From Macrostomum lignano (taxonomy: Eukaryota): 64,000 nucleotides of DNA. The notes below the pieces were generated by a model. That model saw only the letters and a list, made by a program, of their open reading frames with translations. It was not told the origin of the DNA and did no database searches. Position 1 is the stretch's first letter. Each line of letters opens with the position of its first letter. A program made the position numbers and the translations under genes. Positions 34,931 to 48,249 of this stretch are shown piece by piece. Where the stretch lies: contig NIVC01000023.1 of the NCBI GenBank assembly GCA_002269645.1, positions 1,364,001 to 1,428,000 on the forward strand, in the 5' to 3' direction.

Positions 34931-37171
34931 TTTTCAATTTAGAACTAAGTCAGGCAGCTGTTAGTCAAATAAGTCTTATTACTTGTCCTGAAAATGGAGT
35001 ATCGGTATATTAAAGCAGGATTTTACTGCCTAATAATACGGGGCTATAAAATTTGCTTGCGGAAATTTGCTTGCTGAAGTCTGCTTGTCGAATTTTGCTT
35101 GCCGAAGTTTGCTTGCAGAAATTTTGCTTGCCGAGGTTTGCCAGCCACAGTTTTCTTGCGGAACCTTAAAGAACCTATTATTACGCTCTTGTATTTCTAA
35201 TTTTTATTTTCTATGATTCGTGGAAGTCGCCTATAGTGTTATGATTTTGTATGAGGTTTTGGCGGATTTGAAAAGCCGTAATGCATAAATGTAATAATTT
35301 AGTTTTTTACTGGGAATACATTTTCAACAAAAATTAGACACAATTTCGAACAATGCACATATCGAATGATTTAGGCACCGAAATGTACAGAATAGATTTT
35401 TTTAGAAATGAACGTACATTGTACACCAATGAACATCATTTCTATATACTAAATTCTTAGAATGAAACTCTATAAGCCTAGTTTGAAAGCTTAGTGTCAA
35501 GTCAGTTGACGTCGATGCTGATAAGAATCCACTTGCAAAACATCTGTAGTAAGTAATAATTGACTGACCAACTTCACAAGCAATCAAAACAAGCAAGCAG
35601 ACAAGAAAAGAATTCGGCAAGTTTAAACCTTGCAATTATGATTGCGAATTTCTAGGAAGCAGACATCAAAATTCCGCAAGCAAAGTTCGGCAAGCAAAGT
35701 TCCTGCAAGCAAATTTCCTGCAACTGCAAGCAAAGTTCGGGATGCGAAGTTCGGCATACAAAGTTCGGCATGCAAAATTCGGCAAGAAAAATTCGGCCAG
35801 CAAAGTTCGGCAGGCAAAATTCCGGCAAGCAAAGTTCGGCAAGCAAACTTCCCGCAAGCAAACGTCGTACTCCCATTCCAACCATCGACCATAGTGTTCA
35901 ATTTCACCAGTCTTATTCCCTTACTTTGCACTCCAGCAGTCCATTTTCCACTGCCTCCTCTGGGGAGTTCAAAAGACAGTGCAACCGTTGTTGACCCAGG
36001 CCTCAACCCACCCGGTACATGGTTGGCTTGTCGTTCTCATTTCATGGGTGTTTCAATAAAGTAAAGATCACAATCGGTGAAGCCTATCTCCTCTCTGATA
36101 GGTGTGAAGGCTGTTGGCTCCAAGGTGATGTGCCTTTGTTAAGGTCTTGCTTTTGGTCCTGCTAGGTGCCCACGCACCCTACTCAATAATTTGATTACAC
36201 CTACCCTAATGGACAGATGTGCAACCGACAGCTCAGCGGCAGCCATTGCGCGGCGCATCTGAAGGCTGCGTACGGCTGTTCAGTCCAAGGACTGGGGGGG
36301 GGGTCGCCACACACACCCTCAATTACCCCAGCTAATGCTGGCACCCATTTTACAGCTGGGTGAACTGAAGCAATGCAGAGTTAAGTGTCTTGCTCAAGGA
36401 CACAAATTGTTCCAGTGGGATTTGGGAATCGAACCCCCGACCTTCAAGTCGTGAGTCCGACGCTCTGACCACTAGGCTACAACCCTAGCCTAGTGATACT
36501 CACTAGGACTCACCAGGATCCTCACTAGGATCCTTAACACCAGCTGATCCTCAAAAACTGTTAAAGCAGCTAAGTTGGTGTTTCATGTAACTCTTTTGTA
36601 ACTTGTACAAATAGACGACGAGAATGACTGCATTAACACTTTCTATGATTCGCTAGGAATTACTATTGAGGCATTTGTCTGATTTTCAATTTGAAATCGA
36701 GTTAGACTCTGGTGAGACAAATAAGCTTTAATTATATAGGTTTTAAGATTATTGGATTTCCTGTATAAATTAGTCAATCCAATGCTATGTTTTCCTTTAT
36801 TACCGTCCTGAAAGTAGAGCATTAGTATCTAGTGTAAAATAGGGTATTAGTAGTGTAGCAGATTTACTGCCTAATAAATCAAGTTATCTTCTATTTTATT
36901 TAAGACGCTATTTAAAATTCTAGTTGCCATGCAATCAGATAAGCACACGGCACCAGATTTGATCCCTTGACCAATGGGTGCTAGTTGCCATGCAGTTAGT
37001 TGTCAAGCCCGGTCAAGTTTAATACTGGTGCCAGAGCAACCCAGCTGGCAACAGCACACCGCTGCAGCTGTCGCTGACTTCAGAGCTGCCTGGCTGCTGG
37101 TGGATGTTAATTCCGGCTTACAGATAGCTTTATTGCTCAATGCACATTGTTAGTGACTGTGCGGATTCGCT

Positions 37172-37726
37172 GTGATGACAATAGATGACGAGATTGACAG
37201 GTGCAAACTCGAGTAGTTTGTGCCAATTAGTGAAATTTAATGAGGCATTTGTCTGAGCCCTGAGTCCTGAGTATATATCTTAGATTTATATTATTTATGA
37301 GCTTATCAAGTACATAGAGTACTTTGGGTCATTGTGTTAGCAGTGATGACAATTTAGATGACGAACTGACAGACATAATCAGTGTCTGCTCTGTGATCTT
37401 AATGAGGCATTTGTCTGAGCACAAGACCCTATTGCATAGTGTTTATGAGTTTAGTCAGTTTTTATCAACTCGCTAATGATGACAGAATAGATGACGAGAT
37501 TGACAGGTGCAAATGATCAGTTTGTGCCAGTTATGAAATTTCAATGAGGCATTTGTCTGATAGCGAGTGTCACGGTTATATGTTTCACAATATGTGATTG
37601 TTACACTAAAGTTTGTAGTTTGTAAATTCTTCCTCTATAAAAATGATGACAAAAAAGATGACGAGAATGACTGGCATAGCGACTGTCTTTCCTTCAGTAT
37701 GAATTATTAATGAGGCATTTGTCTGA
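37172..37726 (+). ncRNA. SNORD15: Cluster of 4 U15-family snoRNAs (a,b,c,d), unit 3
   Basis: Copy of 26931-27485. Confidence 0.9.
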
Positions 37727-38843
37727 TTTTCAATTTAGAACTAAGTCAGGCAGCTGTTAACTTGTTAAGACAAATAAGCCTTATTACTTTTCCTGAAAGT
37801 GGAGTATCGGTGTATTAAAGCAGGATTTTACTGCCTAATTAATACATCATAGCATCAAGCTGTCTAGATTTTGTTTAAAAAGCGTATGACTAATTTTGTA
37901 CCTCAAATGTTAAATAATTTCAGGTCTTAGTTAGACACCGGCCTCATTGTCTCTGTATTAATAATGCACCAAATTTCAGGGCCTTCGGCCTTCATGGATT
38001 TCGATGCAATATTTTTTATGGGTAGTGCCTTGAATGTCTCACTGACTTGAAGATTTAAATACCTTTTGACCAATGGGTGTTATTCAATTACATAAGCACA
38101 TGGCACCGATGAGTGCTAGTTGCCACGCAATTAGACAAGTAAATAAACACGCGGCAACTAATTAGTGCGTGGGGGCGTAGCCTAGCAGGCGCTCTGATGT
38201 ACCAGAGGCCCAGGCTCGATTCCAAGTGCAGTCACATTAATTTGGGGCTGAATTGGAATCTCGGCTTGGCTCTACTCGTGCAATTAACGCCTGCGTTGAG
38301 GGCCACCCCAAGGCACAGTGAAGTGTACATGCCTAACGATAAATAAAGTTAGGGTCGCTGTACACTCCTGTGTGACTGAGTGAGTGCCTGTGCGTGTGAC
38401 TGCGTACGTATCCGCGCGCTTGTGTGCCTGCTCAGGGGGGTCAGCGGAACAGACATAATGCTTCTTGCCGGTTGTGTAACAGTGTCGCTTAAAGTGCGCC
38501 ATGATGCACACAGCCCTTGTCTCTAATAAAAAACCAACGGGTGCCAGTGTAAATGCGATACGGCACCAGATTTGATCCCTTGACCAATGGGTGCTAGTTG
38601 CCATGCAATCAGATAAACACGGCACCAGATTTGATCTCTTGACCAATGGGTGCTAGTTGCCATGCAGTTAGTTGTCAAGCCCGGTCAAGTTTAATACTGG
38701 TGCCAGAGCAACCCAGCTGGCAACAGCACACCGCTGCAGCTGTCGCTGACTTCAGAGCTGCCTGGCTGCTGGTGGATGTTAATTCCGGCTTACAGATAGC
38801 TTTATTGCTCAATGCACATTGTTAGTGACTGTGCGGACTCGCT

Positions 38844-39229
38844 GTGATGACAATAGATGACGAGATTGACAGGTGCAAACTCGAGTAGTTTGTGCCAATT
38901 AGTGAAATTTAATGAGGCATTTGTCTGAGCCCTGAGTCCTGAGTATATAGATTTATATTATTTATGAGCTTATCAAGTACATAGAGTACTTTGGGTCATT
39001 GTGTCAGCAGTGATGACAATTTAGATGACGAACTGACAGGCATAATCAGTGTCTGCTCTGTGATCTTAATGAGGCATTTGTCTGAGAACAAGACCCTATT
39101 GCATAGTGTTTATGAGTTTAGTCAGTTTTTATCAACTCGCTAATGATGACAGAATAGATGACGAGATTGACAGGTGCAAACTCGAGTAGTTTGTGCCAAT
39201 TAGTGAAATTTAATGAGGCATTTGTCTGA
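38844..39229 (+). ncRNA. SNORD15: Cluster of 3 U15-family snoRNAs (a,b,c/a), unit 3
   Basis: Copy of 28603-28988. Confidence 0.9.
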
Positions 39230-39667
39230 GCCCTGAGTCCTGAGTATATAGATTTATATTATTTATGAGCTTATCAGGTACATAGAGTGCTTTGGGTCAT
39301 TGTCCAGAAGACACAGCCTGGCGTAATGACAAACTTAACTGGCCATTATTTCAGCTGCATCTCGTCAGCTCAAGCCTATCATCAGCTTATTCATTTATAG
39401 TCTATGGCCCAACAGCTTTTTTACTTATAGTCTATGGCCCAACCACCGCCCTCTTTACGCAGTCGCACGCACGCAGACTCTTACCCTGAAATAATGACCG
39501 CTTCCGGCACGCTGAAATAATGGCCAGGCTGTGTCTTATAGACAATGACGTTGCGTAGTAGGTAAGGGGCTGAAATAATGGCCATAGAAACTCGTGCGCT
39601 ACGCGCACTCGTGTTTGGCCATTATTTCAGCCCCTTACTTACTACGCAATCTACCATTGTGTGAGCA

Positions 39668-40050
39668 GTGATGACAATTTAGATGACGAACTGACAGGCA
39701 TAATCAGTGTCTGCTCTGTGATCTTAATGAGGCATTTGTCTGAGAACAAGACCCTATTGCATAGTGTTTATGAGTTTAGTCAGTTTTTATCAACTCGCTA
39801 ATGATGACAGAATAGATGACGAGATTGACAGGTGCAAATAATCAGTTTGTGCCAGTTATGAAATTCAATGAGGCATTTGTCTGATAGCGAGTGTCACGGT
39901 TATATGTTTCACAATATGTGATTGTTACACTAAAGTTTGTCGTGTGTAAATTCTTCCTCTATAAAAATGATGACAAAAAAGATGACGAGAATGACTGGCA
40001 TAGCGACTGTCTTTCCTTCAGTATGAATTATTAATGAGGCATTTGTCTGA
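39668..40050 (+). ncRNA. SNORD15: Cluster of 3 U15-family snoRNAs (b,c,d), unit 4
   Basis: Copy of 24306-24688. Confidence 0.9.
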
Positions 40051-42292
40051 TTTTCAATTTAGAACTAAGTCAGGCAGCTGTTAGTCAAATAAGTCTTATT
40101 ACTTGTCCTGAAAATGGAGTATCGGTATATTAAAGCAGGATTTTACTGCCTAATAATACGGGGCTATAAAATTTGCTTGCGGAAATTTGCTTGCTGAAGT
40201 CTGCTTGTCGAATTTTGCTTGCCGAAGTTTGCTTGCAGAAATTTTGCTTGCCGAGGTTTGCCAGCCACAGTTTTCTTGCGGAACCTTAAAGAACCTATTA
40301 TTACGCTCTTGTATTTCTAATTTTTATTTTCTATGATTCGTGGAAGTCGCCTATAGTGTTATGATTTTGTATGAGGTTTTGGCGGATTTGAAAAGCCGTA
40401 ATGCATAAATGTAATAATTTAGTTTTTTACTGGGAATACATTTTCAACAAAAATTAGACACAATTTCGAACAATGCACATATCGAATGATTTAGGCACCG
40501 AAATGTACAGAATAGATTTTTTTAGAAATGAACGTACATTGTACACCAATGAACATCATTTCTATATACTAAATTCTTAGAATGAAACTCTATAAGCCTA
40601 GTTTGAAAGCTTAGTGTCAAGTCAGTTGACGTCGATGCTGATAAGAATCCACTTGCAAAACATCTGTAGTAAGTAATAATTGACTGACCAACTTCACAAG
40701 CAATCAAAACAAGCAAGCAGACAAGAAAAGAATTCGGCAAGTTTAAACCTTGCAATTATGATTGCGAATTTCTAGGAAGCAGACATCAAAATTCCGCAAG
40801 CAAAGTTCGGCAAGCAAAGTTCCTGCAAGCAAATTTCCTGCAACTGCAAGCAAAGTTCGGGATGCGAAGTTCGGCATACAAAGTTCGGCATGCAAAATTC
40901 GGCAAGAAAAATTCGGCCAGCAAAGTTCGGCAGGCAAAATTCCGGCAAGCAAAGTTCGGCAAGCAAACTTCCCGCAAGCAAACGTCGTACTCCCATTCCA
41001 ACCATCGACCATAGTGTTCAATTTCACCAGTCTTATTCCCTTACTTTGCACTCCAGCAGTCCATTTTCCACTGCCTCCTCTGGGGAGTTCAAAAGACAGT
41101 GCAACCGTTGTTGACCCAGGCCTCAACCCACCCGGTACATGGTTGGCTTGTCGTTCTCATTTCATGGGTGTTTCAATAAAGTAAAGATCACAATCGGTGA
41201 AGCCTATCTCCTCTCTGATAGGTGTGAAGGCTGTTGGCTCCAAGGTGATGTGCCTTTGTTAAGGTCTTGCTTTTGGTCCTGCTAGGTGCCCACGCACCCT
41301 ACTCAATAATTTGATTACACCTACCCTAATGGACAGATGTGCAACCGACAGCTCAGCGGCAGCCATTGCGCGGCGCATCTGAAGGCTGCGTACGGCTGTT
41401 CAGTCCAAGGACTGGGGGGGGGGGTCGCCACACACACCCTCAATTACCCCAGCTAATGCTGGCACCCATTTTACAGCTGGGTGAACTGAAGCAATGCAGA
41501 GTTAAGTGTCTTGCTCAAGGACACAAATTGTTCCAGTGGGATTTGGGAATCGAACCCCCGACCTTCAAGTCGTGAGTCCGACGCTCTGACCACTAGGCTA
41601 CAACCCTAGCCTAGTGATACTCACTAGGACTCACCAGGATCCTCACTAGGATCCTTAACACCAGCTGATCCTCAAAAACTGTTAAAGCAGCTAAGTTGGT
41701 GTTTCATGTAACTCTTTTGTAACTTGTACAAATAGACGACGAGAATGACTGCATTAACACTTTCTATGATTCGCTAGGAATTACTATTGAGGCATTTGTC
41801 TGATTTTCAATTTGAAATCGAGTTAGACTCTGGTGAGACAAATAAGCTTTAATTATATAGGTTTTAAGATTATTGGATTTCCTGTATAAATTAGTCAATC
41901 CAATGCTATGTTTTCCTTTATTACCGTCCTGAAAGTAGAGCATTAGTATCTAGTGTAAAATAGGGTATTAGTAGTGTAGCAGATTTACTGCCTAATAAAT
42001 CAAGTTATCTTCTATTTTATTTAAGACGCTATTTAAAATTCTAGTTGCCATGCAATCAGATAAGCACACGGCACCAGATTTGATCCCTTGACCAATGGGT
42101 GCTAGTTGCCATGCAGTTAGTTGTCAAGCCCGGTCAAGTTTAATACTGGTGCCAGAGCAACCCAGCTGGCAACAGCACACCGCTGCAGCTGTCGCTGACT
42201 TCAGAGCTGCCTGGCTGCTGGTGGATGTTAATTCCGGCTTACAGATAGCTTTATTGCTCAATGCACATTGTTAGTGACTGTGCGGATTCGCT

Positions 42293-42847
42293 GTGATGAC
42301 AATAGATGACGAGATTGACAGGTGCAAACTCGAGTAGTTTGTGCCAATTAGTGAAATTTAATGAGGCATTTGTCTGAGCCCTGAGTCCTGAGTATATATC
42401 TTAGATTTATATTATTTATGAGCTTATCAAGTACATAGAGTACTTTGGGTCATTGTGTTAGCAGTGATGACAATTTAGATGACGAACTGACAGACATAAT
42501 CAGTGTCTGCTCTGTGATCTTAATGAGGCATTTGTCTGAGCACAAGACCCTATTGCATAGTGTTTATGAGTTTAGTCAGTTTTTATCAACTCGCTAATGA
42601 TGACAGAATAGATGACGAGATTGACAGGTGCAAATGATCAGTTTGTGCCAGTTATGAAATTTCAATGAGGCATTTGTCTGATAGAGAGTGTCACGGTTAT
42701 ATGTTTCACAATATGTGATTGTTACACTAAAGTTTGTAGTTTGTAAATTCTTCCTCTATAAAAATGATGACAAAAAAGATGACGAGAATGACTGGCATAG
42801 CGACTGTCTTTCCTTCAGTATGAATTATTAATGAGGCATTTGTCTGA
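42293..42847 (+). ncRNA. SNORD15: Cluster of 4 U15-family snoRNAs (a,b,c,d), unit 4
   Basis: Copy of 26931-27485. Confidence 0.9.
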
Positions 42848-43964
42848 TTTTCAATTTAGAACTAAGTCAGGCAGCTGTTAACTTGTTAAGACAAATAAGC
42901 CTTATTACTTTTCCTGAAAGTGGAGTATCGGTGTATTAAAGCAGGATTTTACTGCCTAATTAATACATCATAGCATCAAGCTGTCTAGATTTTGTTTAAA
43001 AAGCGTATGACTAATTTTGTACCTCAAATGTTAAATAATTTCAGGTCTTAGTTAGACACCGGCCTCATTGTCTCTGTATTAATAATGCACCAAATTTCAG
43101 GGCCTTCGGCCTTCATGGATTTCGATGCAATATTTTTTATGGGTAGTGCCTTGAATGTCTCACTGACTTGAAGATTTAAATACCTTTTGACCAATGGGTG
43201 TTATTCAATTACATAAGCACATGGCACCGATGAGTGCTAGTTGCCACGCAATTAGACAAGTAAATAAACACGCGGCATCTAATTAGTGCGTGGGGGCGTA
43301 GCCTAGCAGGCGCTCTGATGTACCAGAGGCCCAGGCTCGATTCCAAGTGCAGTCACATTAATTTGGGGCTGAATTGGAATCTCGGCTTGGCTCTACTCGT
43401 GCAATTAACGCCTGCGTTGAGGGCCACCCCAAGGCACAGTGAAGTGTACATGCCTAACGATAAATAAAGTTAGGGTCGCTGTACACTCCTGTGTGACTGA
43501 GTGAGTGCCTGTGCGTGTGACTGCGTACGTATCCGCGCGCTTGTGTGCCTGCTCAGGGGGGTCAGCGGAACAGACATAATGCTTCTTGCCGGTTGTGTAA
43601 CAGTGTCGCTTAAAGTGCGCCATGATGCACACAGCCCTTGTCTCTAATAAAAAACCAACGGGTGCCAGTGTAAATGCGATACGGCACCAGATTTGATCCC
43701 TTGACCAATGGGTGCTAGTTGCCATGCAATCAGATAAACACGGCACCAGATTTGATCTCTTGACCAATGGGTGCTAGTTGCCATGCAGTTAGTTGTCAAG
43801 CCCGGTCAAGTTTAATACTGGTGCCAGAGCAACCCAGCTGGCAACAGCACACCGCTGCAGCTGTCGCTGACTTCAGAGCTGCCTGGCTGCTGGTGGATGT
43901 TAATTCCGGCTTACAGATAGCTTTATTGCTCAATGCACATTGTTAGTGACTGTGCGGACTCGCT

Positions 43965-44350
43965 GTGATGACAATAGATGACGAGATTGACAGGTGCAAA
44001 CTCGAGTAGTTTGTGCCAATTAGTGAAATTTAATGAGGCATTTGTCTGAGCCCTGAGTCCTGAGTATATAGATTTATATTATTTATGAGCTTATCAAGTA
44101 CATAGAGTACTTTGGGTCATTGTGTCAGCAGTGATGACAATTTAGATGACGAACTGACAGGCATAATCAGTGTCTGCTCTGTGATCTTAATGAGGCATTT
44201 GTCTGAGAACAAGACCCTATTGCATAGTGTTTATGAGTTTAGTCAGTTTTTATCAACTCGCTAATGATGACAGAATAGATGACGAGATTGACAGGTGCAA
44301 ACTCGAGTAGTTTGTGCCAATTAGTGAAATTTAATGAGGCATTTGTCTGA
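43965..44350 (+). ncRNA. SNORD15: Cluster of 3 U15-family snoRNAs (a,b,c/a), unit 4
   Basis: Copy of 28603-28988. Confidence 0.9.
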
Positions 44351-44788
44351 GCCCTGAGTCCTGAGTATATAGATTTATATTATTTATGAGCTTATCAGGT
44401 ACATAGAGTGCTTTGGGTCATTGTCCAGAAGACACAGCCTGGCGTAATGACAAACTTAACTGGCCATTATTTCAGCTGCATCTCGTCAGCTCAAGCCTAT
44501 CATCAGCTTATTCATTTATAGTCTATGGCCCAACAGCTTTTTTACTTATAGTCTATGGCCCAACCACCGCCCTCTTTACGCAGTCGCACGCACGCAGACT
44601 CTTACCCTGAAATAATGACCGCTTCCGGCACGCTGAAATAATGGCCAGGCTGTGTCTTATAGACAATGACGTTGCGTAGTAGGTAAGGGGCTGAAATAAT
44701 GGCCATAGAAACTCGTGCGCTACGCGCACTCGTGTTTGGCCATTATTTCAGCCCCTTACTTACTACGCAATCTACCATTGTGTGAGCA

Positions 44789-45165
44789 GTGATGACAATT
44801 TAGATGACGAACTGACAGGCATAATCAGTGTCTGCTCTGTGATCTTAATGAGGCATTTGTCTGAGAACAAGACCCTATTGCATAGTGTTTATGAGTTTAG
44901 TCAGTTTTTATCAACTCGCTAATGATGACAGAATAGATGACGAGATTGACAGGTGCAAATGATCAGTTTGTGCCAGTTATGACATTTCAATGAGGCATTT
45001 GTCTGATATCGAGTTTCGCTTATATGTTGTTTTCCATAATTTTACTACTATACCAGTCTGTAAGTCCTTCGCTTTTTAAATATGATGACAAATTAGATGA
45101 CGAGAATGACTGGTATAGCGACTATCTGTGCTTCAGTATGAATTATTAATGAGGCATTTGTTTGA
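44789..45165 (+). ncRNA. SNORD15: Terminal cluster of 3 U15-family snoRNAs (b 44789, c 44922-45006, divergent d-like 45082-45165 with box D variant TTGA)
   Basis: The last copy has a 14-nt D' guide AATTAGATGACGAG and ends GAGGCATTTGTTTGA. Confidence 0.85.
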
Positions 45166-45429
45166 TTTTCAAATTTAAATGTTTTTGAATTACGAGTACT
45201 AACGATGACATATTAGCTGACGAGACATACTAGTTGCTATGCTGCTCATGGGTTGTTTTATCCGCCTTCTCAATTCTTAGTGTCGGCGATCAGTACCCGC
45301 GGAACGAATCTTCGCCAATATTGAGGCTTGTCAAATTTACAAATCAAATGCGATCAGATCGAGAACGGAAAGGCTTCAAAGACTATGTTTCAGTTGATAG
45401 CAAGTCGCTTGTGTGAGTTTACTTACTGT

Positions 45430-45631
45430 TTTTTGTTTTATAGAGATAGAAATGGAGGTAGAGAAAGACAGGTAGAGGGAGAGAGACAGGTAGAGGGAGA
45501 GAGAGACAGGTAGAGGGAGAGAGACAGGTAGAGGGAGAGAGACAGGTAGAGAGAGACAGTTAGAGGGAGAGAGACAGGTAGAGAGAGAGAGACAGGTAGA
45601 GGGAGAGAGACAGGTAGAGGGAGAGAGACAG

Positions 45632-45694
<63 letters not shown>

Positions 45695-46290
45695 GAGGGA
45701 GAGAGACAGGTAAAGGGAGAGAGTCAGGTAGAAGAGAGATACAGGTAGAGGGAGAAAGACAGGTAGAAGAGAGAGACAGGTAGAAGAAGAGAGAGAGACA
45801 GGTAGAGGGAGAGAGAGACAGGTAGAGGGAGAGAGACAGGTAGAGGGAGAGACAGGTAGAGGGAGAGAGAGACAGGTAGAGGGAGAGAGACAGGTAGAGG
45901 GAGAGACAGGTAGAGGGAGAGAGAGACAGGTAGAGGGAGAGAGAGACAGGTAGAGGGAGAGAGAGACAGGTAGAGGGAGAGAGAGACAGGTAGAGGGAGA
46001 GAGAGACAGGTAGAGGGAGAGAGAGAGACAGATAGAGGGGGAGAGAGACAGGTAGAGAGAAAGACAGGTAGAGAGAGACAGGTAGAGAGAGACAGGTAGA
46101 GAGAGACAGTTTGAGAGAAAGACAGGTAGAGAGAGACAAGTAGAGAGAGACAGGTAGAGAGAGAGAGACAGGTAGAGGGAGAGACAGGTAGAGGGAGAGA
46201 CAGGTAGAGAGAAAGACAGGTAGAGAGAGACAGGTAGAGAGAGACAGGTAGAGAGAGACAGGTAGAGAGAGACAGTAGAGAGGCCAACAG
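45430..46290 (+). repeat. GA-rich minisatellite (AGAGACAGGTAGAGGG) with embedded (GA)n
   Basis: Visible tandem units, source of the Leu/Ser pseudo-ORFs. Confidence 0.95.
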
Positions 46291-46380
46291 AAATTCTGTC
46301 TATGGGCAGTAATGAGAATTTAAGTATTTTTTATTTTCAAATACTGACTTAATAATCGTTACTAATCGGATTTCCTTCAG

Positions 46381-46535
46381 GCACCATAATTACGACGCTC
46401 TGACGGCCTACCTGCACAGAATTCATTCAGCTTGTCCAAGCGTGACTCGCCTTTATTCGATTGGAAAATCTGTTCAAAATCGAGAACTGTGGGTTATTGA
46501 GTTTTCCGGCCAGTCGCCTGGATCGCATAGGCCAG
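46381..46535 (+). CDS. CPD: CPD exon 2 (start of active M14 domain)
   Basis: TTCCTTCAG acceptor; HHNYDALTAYLHRIHSACPSVTRLYSIGKSVQNRELWVIEF; donor G|GTTTG, phase 1. Confidence 0.92.
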
Positions 46536-46659
46536 GTTTGTGCCTTTTCTCTGCTGGTTATTTTTTCGTTCGATACATATCGGTAGCTAGTGTCGATCGA
46601 TGTAGTAGTACTGAATTTTTGATATGCCTACTGAGTTTTTATTGATCTTGATAGATAAT

Positions 46660-47690
46660 TATAAATGACTTGACCTTGATAGGAAATTCTAGAAAATTGA
46701 CCTTGGCGGGGAATTCCAAAAAATTGACCTTGGTGGGGAATTCCGAATTACTTGACCTTGGTGGGGAATTCCAAAAAACGTGACCTTGATAGGAAATTCC
46801 AAATTAATTGAACTTGGTGGGGAATTCCGAATAACTTGACCTTGGTGGGGAATTCCAAAAACGTTACCTTGATAGGAAATTCCAAATTAATTGACCTTGA
46901 TGGGGAATTCCGAATAACTTGACCTTGATGGGGAATTCCGAATAACTTGACCTTAATAGGGAATTCTGAGTAACTTGACCTTGATGGGGAATTCCAAATA
47001 ACTTGACTTGAATGGGGGATTCCAAATAACTTGACTTTGATGAGGAATTCCAAATAACGACTTTAATGGGGAATTCCAAGTAACTCAATCTTGATGGGGA
47101 ATTTCAAATAACTTGACTTTAATGGGGAATTCCAAATAACTCAATCTTGATGGGGAATTCCAAATAAATCAATCTTGATGGGGAATTCCAAATAACTCAA
47201 TCTTGATGGGGATTTCCAAATAACTTGACTTTAATGGGGAATTCCGAATAACTTGACCTTGATGGGGAATTCCGAATAACTTGACCTTGATGGGGAATTC
47301 CGAATAACTTGACCTTGATAGGGAATTATGAGTAACTTGACCTTGATGGGGAATTCCAAATAACTTGACTTTAATGGGGGATTTCAAATAACTTGACTTT
47401 AATGGGGGATTCCAAATAACTTGACTTTGATGAGGAATTCCAAATAACTTGACTTTAATGGGGAATTCCAAATAACTCAATCTTGATGGGGAATTCCAAA
47501 TAACTCAATCTTGATGGGGAATTCAAAATAACCTGACTTTAATGGGAAATTCCAAATAAATCAATCTTGATGGGTAATTCCAAATAAATCAATCTTGATG
47601 GGGATTTCCAAATAACTTGACTTCAATGGGGTTTTCCAAATAGCTTGACTTCAATGGGGTTTTCCAAATAGCTTGACCTTGATAGGGACT
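46660..47690 (+). repeat. 28-bp intronic minisatellite (TTGACCTTGATGGGGAATTCCGAATAAC)
   Basis: Period 28 (e.g. 46891, 46919). Confidence 0.95.
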
Positions 47691-47796
47691 AAAAAACTTA
47701 TTTGATATTGATATGGGCGATTTCCGAGTTCCTTAAGTTTTATTGGAAATTCTCGCAACTTATACGCACACCCCACCTTGACTTCACTGTTGCCAG

Positions 47797-48130
47797 GCGT
47801 TCCCGAATTCAAGTACGTTGGCAACATGCACGGCAACGAAGTAGTGAGCCGGGAAGTGCTTCTTTATTTAGCCGACTTTTTTTGCCGCAATTACGACCGA
47901 ACTCCGTTAGTCAAAGATCTGCTGGCCAGCACTCGGGTGCACATCATGCCCAGCATGAACCCGGACGGATACGAGAGTTCCCATGCTGGCGATTCTAACG
48001 GCGTTGTTGGCCGGTCTAACGCTAATGGCATCGATTTGAATAGAAATTTTCCCGATCAATTTCGCGCCGGCGAACCGGACGAGAAACCGGAGCAGCCGGA
48101 GACTGCGGCAGTGCGCGCCTGGCTGGCCAG
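47797..48130 (+). CDS. CPD: CPD exon 3 (Zn ligands [20 protein letters not shown])
   Basis: [20 protein letters not shown]...[14 protein letters not shown]...DLNRNFPD are M14B hallmarks. Splice phases 1/2 are consistent. Confidence 0.97.
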
Positions 48131-48249
48131 GTTAGAGTGGTTTCGTTTTTGCTGAGCTTTTAGAAATAAGTACTCTGAGATACCCTGAAATATACCTGAG
48201 ATGAGATATCTGAGATGCCCTGAAACACCCTGAGATAATTTTGGAGAAA

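Larger units (their letters stand above)
23790..44960 (+). repeat. Macrosatellite / tandem segmental duplication, ~4.1 copies of a 5120-5121-bp unit, inside CPD intron 1
   Basis: Identical ORFs recur at 23930, 29051, 34172, 39292 and 44413. Only a handful of SNP or homopolymer differences between units. Confidence 0.97.

Noticed and set aside
23930-44610. Recurrent ORFs (65, 77, 127, 140, 78, 120 aa) as a repeated protein-coding operon
   Set aside because: They are translations of MITE, SINE and palindrome sequence, have no recognisable domains, and one is frameshifted by a G-run in unit 3.
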